Part shown: one piece after another, positions 1-13,181 of the stretch
Numbering within the stretch: position 1 is the stretch's first letter
Layout: each line of letters opens with the position of its first letter
NCBI RefSeq assembly: GCF_006345805.1
Contig: NC_042998.1
Coordinates: 202,988,001-203,052,000, forward strand
Length of the DNA stretch: 64,000 nt
Direction of reading: 5' to 3'
Source: Octopus sinensis
Taxonomy: Eukaryota
Translations under genes and position numbers: made by a program
Notes under the pieces: model-generated
What the model was told of the DNA's origin: nothing
Database searches by the model: none
The model's input: the letters and a program-made list of their open reading frames with translations, nothing else

Positions 1-317
1 GTTTTCTGGCTATTGCAGCCTCCGACAGCTTCCCACGCCACGAGAGAGCCTCGTACCGTCTCTCCAAGGTCATGTGAGGTCTTGGGCCCATCTAGGAATG
101 AACGATAAAAACCAGTTATTTTCATTAAAACTATTCATTTGAATAATGTTATGCTATAACAAAACTGCTATGAGTTATTATTCATGAAACAAAAAAGAAA
201 GAAAGCAGAATTTCTCACCTTATTTGATGTATAACAGAAAGTTTTGTGAACCAGAAGTGACGTCACCAAGCAGAGTGTAGGAGAATTTATGAGGAAAAAA
301 AATCTTGCAAATACACA

Positions 318-643
318 AATCAATTAACCTACAAGCTGTTCAAAACATCTTACGCGATGAGAAAACTTAGTACGGTGTGATTTCGGTCCTTGCGAGGCGC
401 TACCTATATCTATTAAACAAAGGAAGATTTGTCTGCATCCGCACTCCAAGTTGTTGTTGCACTGCTATGTCAACATCATTAGGCTGTAGACTCTCAAACC
501 GCTCTGCAAACAAAGTTACGTCATCGTTCTGCGGAACAGTGAACTCGCAACAAAGCAATAGTTCGAGATATGGCCACTAGGTGACAGCAAATACCTTGAG
601 TGAAGAGCAAATCAAGGGTGCTAATTAATTTCTGACGGTAGTG
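318..643 (-). mobile_element. Tc1/mariner-type MITE, one end missing (inverted copy of 60936-61312)
   Basis: Reverse complement of ~60936-61260 at high identity. Intact terminus TGCTAATTAATTTCTGACGGTAGTG ends at 643 followed by TA. Similarity stops at ~318. Confidence 0.75.
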
Positions 644-644
644 T

Positions 645-955
645 ACATACATAAATACATGCACACACACACGCATACATACATACATACATACATACAT
701 ACATACATACATACATAACATACATACACACATACATACATACATACATACATGCATACATACATACATACGTACATACATGCATGCATACATACACACA
801 CACATACATACACACACATACTACATACAATACATACATACATACATACATACACATACATACATACACACACATACATACATACACCATACATACATAC
901 ATACATACATACATACATACATACATACATACATACATACATACATACATACAAA
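645..955. repeat. (TACA)n microsatellite
   Basis: Near-pure CATA/TACA repeats; explains the MYVC/HTYI ORFs. Confidence 0.95.
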
Positions 956-1228
956 ATTTACGAGCAACGTTAAAAAGCAAAATTATACAACTTGTGTAAA
1001 TGATGTGGCAACCCACGATGACACATCGGAGATTTACCATGGAGTCTGCAGAACACGTTGATAAGTCAGAGGAATAAATGCGTACGCGGCCAATTGATAT
1101 AGCGAACGCTATAGATGACAGAATCATTAAAACGTCGAACTAAACACTTTACAGGAGTCAGTTACCATCTCACTTGCCTGGGGTTAAAATTCAATGACTG
1201 ACTTTAACTGACCTGGATTGGTTTAGAC

Positions 1229-1429
1229 CAGTGCTTTTCAAACTTTTTGCTGGAGCGGAACCCCAAGGAAACATTCCACTGGCTCGAGGAACCCCTGTGC
1301 AATAATTTAATAGTCTTATGCACACATATCTGCACAGGAGAATTAAAAATCACTGCTGATTTTAGCAGTTTTGTAACTTCTTGCGGAACCCCTGGACTGT
1401 ACTGGCGGAACCCTGGTTGTAAACCACTG
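1229..1429. mobile_element. hAT-type MITE, 201 bp
   Basis: TIRs CAGTGCTTTTCAA / TTGTAAACCACTG; perfect 8-bp TSD GTTTAGAC at 1221-1228 and 1430-1437. Confidence 0.9.
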
Positions 1430-1782
1430 GTTTAGACTATTGGGTTTGTTCAGTAGAGTCACTTTTGTAAACAATCGGGCATGACCACGTAATTTATTCC
1501 ACCTCTTTTTTATCTTTTTGCCTCACTATTTTCCGTAGCCCTGCAAAATGTCATGTGCGGTGGTTTTGTAACACTGACAAAGATATAAATTAAAAAGAAA
1601 GAACGAAAAATCTGGCCGAGTCCATACTACCTTATCTTTCTAATTCAACGGTTTTAGGTTTTTTTTCCAAGGGAGATAACTCTCAAGCTAAATGAAGAGT
1701 TTATTCCCTTGTTTTTAACAAACAGCCGTTTGAGTTGCTGTTGTTTTTATTGCTGTAAATGGAACGTGTGAGACTTAAGATT

Positions 1783-2025
1783 GAAGAAGAAGAAGAAGGA
1801 GAAGAAGAAGAAGAAGAAGAAGAAGAAGAAGAAGAAGAAGAAGAAGAAGAAGAAGAAGAAGAAGAAGGAAGAGGAGGAAGAAGAAGAAGAAGTTTGGAGC
1901 ACGATGGTGAGGTGAAGACAGTGAGCAGAGGAAGATGTTGCTTACAATGGTGAAGAAGTGATGATGATGCTGATGATGGTGAAGACGATGACGACGACGA
2001 CGACGATGACGATGATGATGACGAC
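1783..2025. repeat. (GAA)n plus (GAT/GAC)n triplet repeats
   Basis: Direct reading; explains the poly-E and poly-S ORFs. Confidence 0.9.
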
Positions 2026-2417
2026 ATGAAATGAGGCGGTGTATGGGTCGAAGTAGTCAACGGCGGTGTGTCTACAGTGTCGTTCTTTCAAAATCACACC
2101 TTTCAGACTTATAAATGATAAAGACACATTGGTCCTGGAAGCATACTGTCAGTAGAAACACGGGGCAATCACAGCTGTAATAGCATTTGATCATAAGTCT
2201 GTACCGTATCTTCAATAATAGCTGTTACAGAGATGAATGTAGTGGTTGAGCTTCTAAGCAGACGGTGAGCGCAAAGTTCAGGGCAAAGATCAAAATCCTA
2301 CCTAGTTTATCGGTTTATTTTTGACAAGCTAGACAGGTCTTATATTCCCTGGGGTAAGGTAATATAAAGCTTAAATTTCATCAAATAGAATAATAGTATA
2401 AACATAATAAAATACCT

Positions 2418-3109
2418 ATTTCTTTACAACCCACAAGGGGCTAAACACAGAGGGGACAAACAAGGACAGACGGATGGATTAAGTCGATTACATCGACACC
2501 AGTGAGTAACTGGTACTTAATTTATCGACCCCGAAAGGATGAAAGGCAAAGTCGACCTCGGCGGAATTTGAACTCAGAACGTAACGGCAGGAGAAATACC
2601 TATTTCTTTACTACCCACAAGGAGCTAAACACAGAGAGGACAAACAAGAACAGACAAACGGATTAAGTCGATTTCTTCGACCCCAGTGCGTAACTGGTAC
2701 TTTATTTATCGACCCCGAGAGGATGAGGTGACAAACAAGGACAGACGAATGGATTAAGTCGATTACATCGACACCAGTGAGTAACTGGTACTTAATTTAT
2801 CGACCCCGAAAGGATGAAAGGCAAAGTCGACCTCGGCGGAATTTGAACTCAGAACGTAACGGCAGACGAAATACCTTTTTCTTTACTAGCCACAAGGGGC
2901 TAAACACAGAGAGGACAAACAAGGAGAGACGAACGAATTAAGTCGATTACATCGACCCCAGTGCGTAATTAGTACTTAATTTATTGACCCCGTGAGTATG
3001 AAAGGCAAAGTCGACCTTGGCGGAATTTGAACTCGGAACGTAACAGCAGACGAAAAACGGCTACGCATTTCACCCGACGTGCTAACGATTCTGCCAGCTC
3101 ACCGTCTTT
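2418..3109 (-). mobile_element. tRNA-headed SINE family A, head-to-tail multimer (~4 units)
   Basis: Sense head GGCGAGCTGGCAGAA(T/A)CGTTAG...GAGTTCAAATT (pol III A/B-box-like), tail GTGGGTAGTAAAGAAATA; 17-bp TSD AACATAATAAAATACCT (2401-2417, 3110-3126). Probably one of the octopus OK/OR SINE families (from memory, not checked). Confidence 0.9.
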
Positions 3110-3403
3110 AACATAATAAAATACCTTTAACAGAATTCAAAGCAATAATTTCGACTTGCCAAGATCTTCATTCTAGTTTTATTATGTTCTGTTGCACGGA
3201 CAACGATTATCTTTTATATTAGATTTTAGATGAAACCCTAAAATTGGTAAGGAAGAGGTATTATCAATTTAGCTGAAGAGGCTGAATGGTTAGAGCGTTG
3301 GATTAAATACATTGTGCATTTTTATCCCTGCTTTCTGCGCTTTGAGTTCAAATTCTGCAGGTATTCAACTTCTATTATTTCGGTGGGGTCTTAAAAGTTT
3401 TTT

Positions 3404-3770
3404 GGAAGCACTCCGTCGGTTACGCCGACGAGGGTTCCGGTTGATCCGAATCAACGGAACAGCCTGCTCGTGAAATTAACGTGTAAGTGGCTGAGTACTC
3501 CACAGACACGTGTACCCTCAACGTAGTTCTCGGGGATATTCAGCGTGACACAGAGAGTGACAAGGCCGGCCCTTTGAAATACAGGTACAACAGAAACAGG
3601 AAGTAAGAGTGGGGAAAGTTGTGGTGAAAGAGTACAGCAGGGATCACCACCATCCCCTGCCGGAGCCTCGTGGAGCTTTAGGTGTTTTCGCTCAATAAAC
3701 ACTCATAACGCCCGGTCTGGGAATCGAAACCGCGAGTCCGCTGCCATAACCACTGGGCCATTGCGCCTCC
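3404..3770 (-). mobile_element. tRNA-headed SINE family C, tail type 1
   Basis: Matches 4060-4449 and 38640-39028; small deletion between CCGCG direct repeats in the head. Confidence 0.85.
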
Positions 3771-4059
3771 TAGGTCTATAAAGTACCACCAATGAAGGGA
3801 GGTAGATTGGTGATATTGTTATGCGTCGGAAAGATGCTTTGCTGTATATGTTCTGGTTGTATGCGTTCTATGTTCAAAACCTGATTCGGTCAGCCTCCAA
3901 TGAAGTGACCTCTTCTAGCTAGACCGATAAAAACCCAAAAAAAGCACCGAATGTCTTTATTTAGAAAGGTTAATTTAAAGGTACATAGGGAGACACTATA
4001 TGATTACTTGACCTACAAGATATAGCAAAATTTGAACTAAAAAAATGTAACGAAGTACA

Positions 4060-4449
4060 AAGGAAGGGAAGCACTCCGTCGGTTACGACGATGAGGGTTC
4101 CGGTTGTTCCGATTAACAGAACAGCCTGCTCGTGAAATTAACGTGTAAGTGGCTGAGCGCTCCACAGACACGTGTACCCTTAACGTAGTTCTCGGGGATA
4201 TTCAGCGTGACACAGAGAGTGACAAGGCCGGCCCCTTGAAATACAGGTACAACAGAAACAGGAAGTAAGAATGAGAGAAAGTTGTAGTGAAAGAGTATAG
4301 CAGGGATCACCACCATCCCCTGCCGGAGCCTCGTGGAGCTTTAAGTGTTTTCGCTCAATAAACACTCACAACGCCCGGTCTGGGAATCAAAACCACGATC
4401 CTATGACCGCGAGTCCGCTGCCCTAACCACTGGGCCATTGCGCCTCCAC
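4060..4449 (-). mobile_element. tRNA-headed SINE family C, tail type 1
   Basis: Sense head GTGGAGGCGCAATGGCCCAGTGGTTAGGGCAGCGGACTCGCGG; 13-bp TSD GTAACGAAGTACA (4047-4059, 4450-4462). Confidence 0.9.
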
Positions 4450-4611
4450 GTAACGAAGTACATACTGTGTGACATAGTGCAAGATTTCCAGTGGGCACTG
4501 CTAGCTCACTATCTTCACTGGAACACGTAATATTCATATCAGCAATTCTGAGAGAAAAATTACATGAATTCGGCTACATAACTGCTACAACTAGTGTGTA
4601 TTATCAACATT

Positions 4612-4916
4612 AGTGGAGGCACATGGCCTAGTGGCTAGAGCAGCGGACTCGCGGTCGAGGGATCGCGGGTTCGAATCTCAGACCGGATGATGTGTGTGTT
4701 TATGAGCGAAGCACCAACGCTCCACGCGGCTTCGGCAGAAGGTAATGGCGAAACTTCTGCTGACTCTTTCGCCACAACTTTCTCTCACTCTTCCCTCCTG
4801 CATCTTGCAGCTCACCTGCGACGGACCGGCGTCCCGTCCAGGTGGGGAACTTATATGCCAACGAAACCGGGAAACCGGCTCTTATGAGCCGCGCATGGCT
4901 CGAGAAGGAACAAACT
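4612..4916 (+). mobile_element. tRNA-headed SINE family C, tail type 2
   Basis: Head GGAGGCACATGGCCTAGTGG...GGTTCGAATC; 13-bp TSD TATTATCAACATT (4599-4611, 4917-4929). Confidence 0.9.
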
Positions 4917-7169
4917 TATTATCAACATTGATAGAACTTTAAGAAAGTCGGAGAAAATATCTAGTGGTATTTTGATAGTTGGTAGAGACTGAAACCATTA
5001 TTTCAGAGTGTGACAACCCTGCCTGAAATGAGCCCCAGTCTTAGCTGGATCCGGCTAACAAGTACTTGGTATGGATCCCTATCTAGAGTTACTGATATCC
5101 AGAATTGGGTAAATAACATCAGTGCTTTTGTGATACAAAAGCTTGGGAGTAAAATTTGTGAGAAACCGTCTTCTGGCCATTCTTGCGGTCAAATAGGTCC
5201 AGTATTGCTCGTCACTCCTTTGGACCACAACAGTGCGACAAGGAAAGGATTCTGTCTTCTGTTTTAACCCAGGACCAAGATACACACAATCAAGGATTGC
5301 TCTCTAGAGCAGTCACTTCGATGACACTATAAAAAGCGTGACATTCCGTGTTGGGTTACAGCTCAAATCTCGATTGACCAGTGGTATAAAACACCGTTAT
5401 TTCTCGTAACAGACCGAGTCAAAGAAAAAAAAGGATTAAGTACGATCCTTTACATTCCGAGTTCAAATCCCAGTGAGATCAGTTTTGACTTTCATTCTTC
5501 TTGGATCCATAAAACAAGCTTCCTGATAAGTTGATTATATTCCTTTAATGCATCCTAAATGTGAATGGAAGAGACGTTTGGTACAAAAATGATACAACCA
5601 GTCGAAGGATCGTCGAGTCGAATCTTAACTCTGATACTTTGTGTCCGTAACCAAGAGATTGACTCCGGAGAGTTATTTTGTCTATATCAATCCTGATCGA
5701 AGAAACCTATAATCAACGGTAGTCCGACTGTACTCATATCTTTTTGCGAAGTATACAACTAAGTCTATATTATCTGATGTCTTTTTTTTTCCAATATTGA
5801 TGACAGTAGAATATGATTTATACAGATTTGGTTTCTATTTCTAATCAGATCGAGCAATCACGTAGATGGTTAGCTCGATCGAAATAGGTACCATGCGATG
5901 GCATAACTCACCTCTGTAGTTAGCAGCAACATCTGAGCCTGGATGCGCATTCACCCATCCGTCGATGCTCTCGGTGTCGGGGATTGACCTGCTTTCTCCT
6001 CTGCGGGTCTTACGAATAGCAAAGGACCACGTTTCGGACTTCTCCCATCTTGCGAGCTCTGGGAACGAAGACCGCTTCGCTCAACAGCAACAGCAGCAAC
6101 AGCAGCAACATCAAGATTCCTTCGGTTGACCTACCGAGTTCAGTTCCTCGAGTGGGAAAAGCTATAAATTAATATCTAGCGGGCGCGGTGAGTTGTCGTC
6201 CAACTGCTACAGATCCAAGGAATACAATTCTATGGGTCCTCGTTATTTCGAAAAGTAAACTGTTTTGCACTTAATGTCTTCACCATCATCTTTTGGAGAA
6301 AATGTATTAAGTATTATAGATAGGCCAATAAAAAGAAATGGGAATGGTGATACTCGTAACTTTCTCAAGTACATTTGCAACATAATCTGAGTGACGGTTT
6401 GTTAGCCATTTAACTCTTTCTCGGAAATCAATACAATCGATAAAAAAAGCAATACTGACAAACACAACTCTATTAAAATAAACAGATTTGAGATGACAGA
6501 TGCTGCAATATTGATTTTAACAACCTGTTGCCACTTCATTGTTTTATACCGTATAAAATCTTTGTTCTAAAGCCTAGTTTCTTTCAATCACATTTTGTTC
6601 CTTTAACCTACAAAACATTGCACCACCACCTTCTTCTTGAACAGCGGTTCTCGAACTAACAAGTACAAGGTCCCTCTAAAAATGTTAGGGACAAATCTTG
6701 GCACCATAGAATTTATTAATAAGACAAAACAGACTTTGAGTGCATATTGTTTTTCTTTCTTTATCTTGGTGCTTGACAAAGATGTAAAAAAAAATTTTCC
6801 TCGCTATTGTGTTGGATATGTTATTAAAACATTTAAAACCATCCGATCTTCACTCTCACACATCAACAGATGCAATGCTCTGGAGAGCCTTGGTGTTATC
6901 AGTCCAAAGTACATAATTCCTGGGTAAAAAAAAAAGACGAAATTGTCACAACTTTGATTATAGGTTTGCTTGACCAAAGTGTGTTCTGTCTTAAACTACA
7001 ACAAAACATATTTACAGTTGGCTAACATAGGAACCTTTATGTGACCACTCGTTCTGCTGGAAATAACCGCCAGATCTCCCTCATATCGTATAGTCTAGCA
7101 TTTTTGAAAATAGGATAACAATACATTTACATGATGGTGGCGTAGGGAAGAGTAGCATCTAGCGGTAGA

Positions 7170-7290
7170 AAAACTGTGCAGACTCGTCCCTCTTTGTTCC
7201 AGGAATGGACAGTGATGCAACAATAGCAGCTCACTTAAACAGATGCCTTGCAAGAATGGAAGCTTGGGTAGACGAGCAATGGAAATAAGA
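7170..7290 (+). pseudogene. CR1-type LINE reverse transcriptase relic
   Basis: Translates ADSSLFVPGMDSDATIAAHLNRCLARMEAWVDEQW, resembling the YADD..L / LN.DL..I..W...W block of CR1-clade RT. Confidence 0.45.
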
Positions 7291-7686
7291 AGCCCGTCAA
7301 AGTTTATATTGCACTTTGGTAATTGAAGTTATCAATGAAAAATCATTTTTAATATTCAAAGTGTAATCTATAGACAGCAAGCCGGTATGAGCAGAATGTA
7401 TCCTCACTCTTTCTAACAAAGCTGCACAGCGCTATCCTGCAAAAGCAGGATAAAGAAGAAAGAAAGAAAACATAGATCTTGAGCATCATGACAGACACTT
7501 GACTGTACTGGATGGTTTCTTCAACCAACTCACTGTAATCATAAAGAAAGTTGTTATGACTGTCACTAATGACGAGAAAGTGAAGTGACAGAACCGTTAG
7601 AGCAGCGAACAAAATGTCTCGCATCATTGCTTCCGGTTCTTAACCTTCTTTGCCTTTCATCCTATCAAGATTGATAATATTTTATA

Positions 7687-8105
7687 CCTATTTCTTTACT
7701 ACCCACAAGGGGCTAAACACAGAGGGAACAAACAAGGACAGACAAACGGATTAAGTCGATTACATCAACCCCAGTGTGTAACTGGTACTTATTTAATCGA
7801 CCCCGAAAGGGTGAAAAGCAAAGTCGACCTCGGCGGAATTTGAACTCAGAACATAAAGACAGACGAAATACCTATTTCTTTACTACCCACAAGGGGACAA
7901 ACACAGAGGGGACAAACAAGGACAGACAAACGGATTAAGTCGATTACATCGATCCCAGTGCGTAACTGGTACTTATTTAATCGACCTCGAAAGGATGAAA
8001 GGCAAAGTTGACCTCGGTGGAATTTGAACTCAGAACGTAACGGCAGACGAAATACCGCTAAGCATTTCGCCCGGCGTGCTAACGTTTCTGCCAGCTCGCC
8101 GCCTT
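7687..8105 (-). mobile_element. SINE family A dimer
   Basis: Two units joined at GAAATACC|TATTTCTTTAC (7872/7873); complete head at ~8050-8105. Confidence 0.9.
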
Positions 8106-8139
8106 ATATTTTATATTTTATACCATCCAATTACTGAGA

Positions 8140-8520
8140 TCGATGGTATCCCCAAGCCTCCTCTCCTCGAAAGTGCTCACTTTGTACCTGCATCGGAAGC
8201 AATAATTGCCATTGTTTGAGCTGATGCCGCCACAAGATTTGCTATCAACAATTTAGAACACCAGAGTTAGGTTGCTACAACAATTGAACTCAACAAAATG
8301 CACACAAACTATATTCCATCAGAACTCAGAGCGATGCTATCCCCACAGTATGAATTATGATGTTTTACAAATAGGACCAATACTTTCACAACTGTTGCCG
8401 GCGTTTCAACTCCCGATGACGCTATTCATAGTTTGGACAGGAGCTTACTGCACTTGACTATCAGGATGTGGGACATTTTGGCAGATGAGATACAAATTTT
8501 CAATGGTCGAGTACACGAAT
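8140..8520 (+). pseudogene. CR1-type LINE 3' relic
   Basis: One frame with stops reads ...NYIPSELRAMLSPQYEL*...LDRSLLHLTIRMWDIL, like the SF..RT.R.WN.LP end of CR1 ORF2. Confidence 0.5.
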
Positions 8521-8679
8521 ACTTCGTGTCACTCTCAATATAGTTAATACAATGAAACTGATCAGTTTTCTGGAAGTGTGTAACCAACGATATCATTTGT
8601 CACATATGCATAGTGTGTTTTGCTAGTCTGTTACTCTTTTAAGGCTAGACTGCACCACGAAGATCTAATTATCTTGGCT

Positions 8680-8977
8680 GTGGAGGCACATGGAATAGTG
8701 GTTAGAGCAGCGGACTCGCGGTGGAGGGATCGCGGGTTCAAATCTCAGACCGGGCGATGTTTGTGTTTATGAGCGAAACACCTAAGCTCCACGCGGCTCC
8801 GGCAGAAGCTAATGGCGAACTTCTGCTGACTCTTTCGCCACAACTTTCTCTCACTCTTTCCTTCTGCATCTTGCAGCTCACCTGCGACGGACCGGCGTCA
8901 CGTCTAGGTGAAGAACCTATACGCCAAGGAAACTGGGAAACCGGCCCTTATGAGCCAGGTGTGGCTCGAGAAGGAAC
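8680..8977 (+). mobile_element. tRNA-headed SINE family C, tail type 2
   Basis: Matches 4612-4916; 13-bp TSD AATTATCTTGGCT (8667-8679, 8978-8990). Confidence 0.9.
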
Positions 8978-9842
8978 AATTATCTTGGCTATGACAAGAT
9001 GAGAACCACTCAACTTTCAGTTGATAGAGCAAAGCCTCTACCTGCCTTCAGTCGATTCAGCAAATCATGGTCCACATCAAAAGTCTTTATTAGAAGTTCA
9101 ATAAACAAGGGACTCGTGGGGTTATTCACTGATTAACGGAATAAATAAACAATGTGGGTGGATGAATGAAATTTCATATCAAAGCTTACTTCCTACAGAA
9201 TACCATACTTCAATGTTGTCGGTTCAATTCCTATTGTGGACAACTTTCTGGAGGATATTTTTGATATCTTCAGCTTTTCCTTATGGACAGTGAAGAGGAA
9301 TGGGGGGCGGGGGGTGTTTTCTTTTGATGTTTTCTTTAGTTTTACAATGACCTTTCAGATTGATGTTGAAGCGAGATTTTTGTTTTGCTGTTGGTTCTGA
9401 TAATGTTATTATTGCAGATACGAGAAGGTTGTGACGGTGAAGTTTTCAGTGGCGTCGGGAATGCTGATATTAATGTTGCTTGATGGTATTGCTTATGGAG
9501 GGTGTGGTTGGTATGAAAGTGGTGGGCGACTGTTAAGTGTTGTTGGTAATCTTCGTTGTAGTGACAGTGGTAATGTTAGTAGCAACCGTAGTAGTGGTAG
9601 AGGTGGTGAGACAGTGATGGTGTGGTGTTGATGGCTGTTGTGACGGTGGCGATGGTGTGTGCAGTTAGTGACGGTGTGCGGTGTCTAGTTAGTATAATAA
9701 ACAATGTATACTACAGTAGAATACTAAACACAAAATGGTTGACTTCCACGTTAAACTCCAGTAAACAGTTTTGACATTTCTACAACACAGTTGTATTGAA
9801 ACAGAAATTACAGACGTTACACTGGGAATTTGAGAAATTCTG

Positions 9843-9934
9843 TCTTCTTCTTCTTCTTCCTCCTCTTCTTCTTTTTCTTCTTCTTCTTCTTCTCTTTCTC
9901 CTTCTTTTTTTCTTCTTCTCTTTTTTCTTCTTCT

Positions 9935-9966
<32 letters not shown>

Positions 9967-10235
9967 TTCTTCTTCTTCTTCTCTTTCTCCTTCTTCTCTT
10001 TCTTCTTCTTCTCTTCTTCTTCTTCTTCTTCGTTTTCTTCTTCTTTTTCTTCTTCGTTTACTTCTTCTTCCCCCTCCTCTTCTTCTTCTTTTTCTTCTTT
10101 TTCTTCTTTTTCTTCATCATCATCATCTTCTTTTTCTTCTTCTTCCTCATTTTCATCTTCTTCATCATCTTCTTCTTCTTCATCATCATCTTCTTCTTCA
10201 TCTTCATCTTCTTCTTCTCCCTCTTATTATTATTA

Positions 10236-10283
<48 letters not shown>

Positions 10284-10294
10284 TATTATTATCA

Positions 10295-10350
<56 letters not shown>

Positions 10351-10370
10351 CATCATCATTATTATTATTC
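9843..10370. repeat. Compound (CTT)n-(CAT)n-(TAT)n microsatellite
   Basis: Direct reading; explains the poly-F/S/Y/L/I ORFs. Confidence 0.95.
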
Positions 10371-10624
10371 CCGCTATTTTTCTTGTTTTACATTGTTGCC
10401 TTTGTTGTCTTCGCTTTTTCTTGCTGCTATTCTTTCTTATTGTCGTTGTTGTTGTTGTTGCTGTCGATGTTGCAATGGACTTTCGCTCTTATTGATGCTT
10501 TTACTTTTTGGTTTTGCAGTTGCTGTTGTTGATGTCGAAGCAGCTGCCTTTGTTGCTTTTGATACTCCATCTTCGCCATTGTTACTTATACTCCGACTTC
10601 TTTATACTCTCTGAATACACCTGC

Positions 10625-11372
10625 TTTGTTGTTGTTCTGATACTCCTGTTTTATTATTACTTTTGATATTTCTACTGCTTTATTGCTCCTACTTCCGCTT
10701 CGATGTTGTTTCTGATACTCCGACTTTGTAGTTGCTTCTGATACTCCTGTTTTGTAGTTGCTTCTGATACTCCTGTTTTGTAGTTGCCTCTGATACTCCT
10801 GTTTTGTAGTTGCATCTGATACTCCTGTTTTGTAGTTGCCTCTGATACTCCTGCTTTGTAGTTGCTTCTGATACTCCTGTTTTCTAGTTGCTTCTGATAC
10901 TCCTGTTTTGTAGTTACTTCTGATACTCCTGTTTTGTAGTTGCTTCTGATACTCCTGTTTTGTAGTTGCATCTGATACTCCTGCTTTGTAGTTGCTTCTG
11001 ATACTCCTGTTTTGTAGTTGCTTCTGATACTCCTGTTTTGTAGTTGCTTCCGATACTCCTGTTTTGTAGTTGCTTCCGATACTCCTGTTTTGTAATTGCT
11101 TCTGATACTCCTGTTTTGTAGTTGCTTCTGATACTCCTGTTTTGTAGTTGCTTCTGATACTCCTGTTTTGTAGTTGCTTCTGATACTCCTGTTTTGTAGT
11201 TGCTTCTGATACTCCTGTTTTGTAGTTGCTTCCGATACTCCTGTTTTGTAGTTGCCTCTGATACTCCTGTTTTGTAGTTGCATCTGATACTCCTGTTTTG
11301 TAGTTGCATCTGATACTCCTGTTTTGTAGTTGCTTCCGATACTCCTGTTTTGTAATTGCTTCTGATACTCCT
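10625..11372. repeat. 26-bp minisatellite, ~28-29 units
   Basis: Unit TTCTGATACTCCTGTTTTGTAGTTGC; the 26-aa periodicity of the minus-strand ORFs equals 3 units. Confidence 0.95.
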
Positions 11373-11847
11373 CTGGTAGTTCTCTGAAATTCTACATGAA
11401 TCTACCAGTTTGCAGTTGCTGATGAAGCAGGTAAATCTCTAAAGTCAGAATGCTGCTTTCAGCCAAAAAGACTTGTATTCAGATACTGATTAATATGTCA
11501 GTATATGAGTATGTATTTTAATACATGTAACAACATATATTTTCACGAGAATTCGTCCATTACTGTGGACTGTTGTGGAAGCTTCCAAGCCATTGTCATC
11601 CTTTTCTTTGTAAAAGTAAACTTGATACTATACTTCAATGCTTTGAGTAACTTTCCAGTCAGTGTTTGACTGTGTGTAGGCTTAAATGTGCATAAATACA
11701 TACAGTGAATGTATGCATGTGTGTGTTTCTGTGCCCGATGAGTTTCATATCGTGTCTGTCTCAGAAATTTTATTCGCATGCTTTTATTCGATCCGAGGAT
11801 AACCTATGAAGTATTCGTCTCCAAAGTGCTGGACTGTGAGAACTGTG

Positions 11848-12754
11848 ACGAGGTACTCGAAAGTAAACGGAAATATTTTCTGTAGGACGAGTCCATTATA
11901 GTTCAGGCTTCCACCGCTAGAAGTCACTTGATGCAACCATCAGGCATCAGTAACCGACCGGTGGTCTAAAGTCAAGTCGTATCGCAACATGGTGCGCCTT
12001 GATTTGCAGTACTTCTCTCCCCTGTTCATTAATTTTTGCAATGATTATAACGAAGGAACAGCGTGCTTCCGCGAAATTCTGTTTTCTGCTGGAGAAAACG
12101 GCGGCCGAAATAGTTGTCATGCTTCAAACAGGTTACAAGGACGCTGCCATGATCAAAACACAAGTTTACGAGTGGTTTTCACGCTTTAGGAATGATCACT
12201 TGCCTCTTGAAGACCATCCTTGTTCAGGACGAACGTCGACTTCCCGAATGAATGAAAACATCATGAAAATTTATGAACTGATATCGGAGAATCGTCATCG
12301 AACAATTTGCCAACTTGTTGATATGACTGGTGTGTTCTGGAGCTCCTGACAAAGAATTAATTTTGAGCGAGGAATTACGAATGAAAAGAGTTACAGCAAA
12401 ATCTGTGCTTCACTTTCTCATGGAAGACCAAAGCAGACACGACTGAATGCGTGTCGTGAACTGAAAGAACAGTTGGAAGTTGATCCGGATCTTTTATTCG
12501 AAGGTCATCACTGGTGACAAGAGCTGGTGCTACGGAATTTGCAGATGTGGAAAAGGCGAAGAAAAAAAAACCGAGGCATTAAAAAGCATCACTTCACAAG
12601 AGTTCCAGCACTGCTTCGAACGGTGGAAAACGCGTCTGGGCCGATGCATTCCTTCAAATGGAGAATACTTTGAAGGCAATACAAGTGTAAACAAGAAAAA
12701 CTAAGTGGATAAAATAATATTCCAAAATTCCGGTTTCTTTGGGGTATCTACTCG
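11848..12754 (+). mobile_element. mariner transposon, internally deleted and degenerate
   Basis: N-terminal HTH (EQRASAKFCFLL...VYEWFSRF...EDHPCSGR), KVITGDKSWCYG, then a jump to the C-terminal FQHCFERWKTRLGRCI; degenerate TIRs at ~11848-11874 and ~12727-12754 with TA at 12755. Confidence 0.85.
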
Positions 12755-13147
12755 TACGTGTCCCGCCTCAAATATTTTTAACATGTTTATGTTGTTGAGA
12801 AAAAGACAGTTTTGGTAGTGATAGTCGTCGTTGACGACGTGATCATCATCATCTTAATCATTCTCATCATAATCAGCAGCAGCTGCATTTTCTAGCATGG
12901 CGTACAACGATGTTACTATTGTTGGATAACCACAGGCTAGCACCGATTTAGTATGCTTATAATTAAAGGCATTCCAGATATGACCATCTTAACTTTTCGG
13001 GAGCAAGGAACTCCGAACCATACAACCCGACCTCCTCTGACGAGAACGGTTTCTTTCAGATTCATGTAATGTTTTCATTACTCAATTAATTGGAGCCTCT
13101 TGAAACGGCCGTAATGAATTGACACCGGTATATCTTTGTTATTTATT

Positions 13148-13179
<32 letters not shown>

Positions 13180-13181
13180 AG

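Noticed and set aside
6860-6924. Minus-strand acceptor with NYVLWTDNTKALQSIASVDV*
   Set aside because: No partner exon found; the plus strand may be more of the CR1 relic.
7202-7287. Apparent exon GMDSDATIAAHLNRCLARMEAWVDEQWK*
   Set aside because: The frame continues upstream through ADSSLFVP and matches CR1 RT.
7349-7627. Signal-peptide-like ORF MMRDILFAALTVLSL
   Set aside because: The N-terminus is the antisense of a degenerate family A SINE head.
9045-9130. Minus-strand exon candidate ...KTFDVDHDLLNRLKAG
   Set aside because: It is the KAFD.V.H.LL RT motif of a LINE relic.
13030-13110. CTGACGAG...GAAAC as a hammerhead
   Set aside because: No credible stem II.
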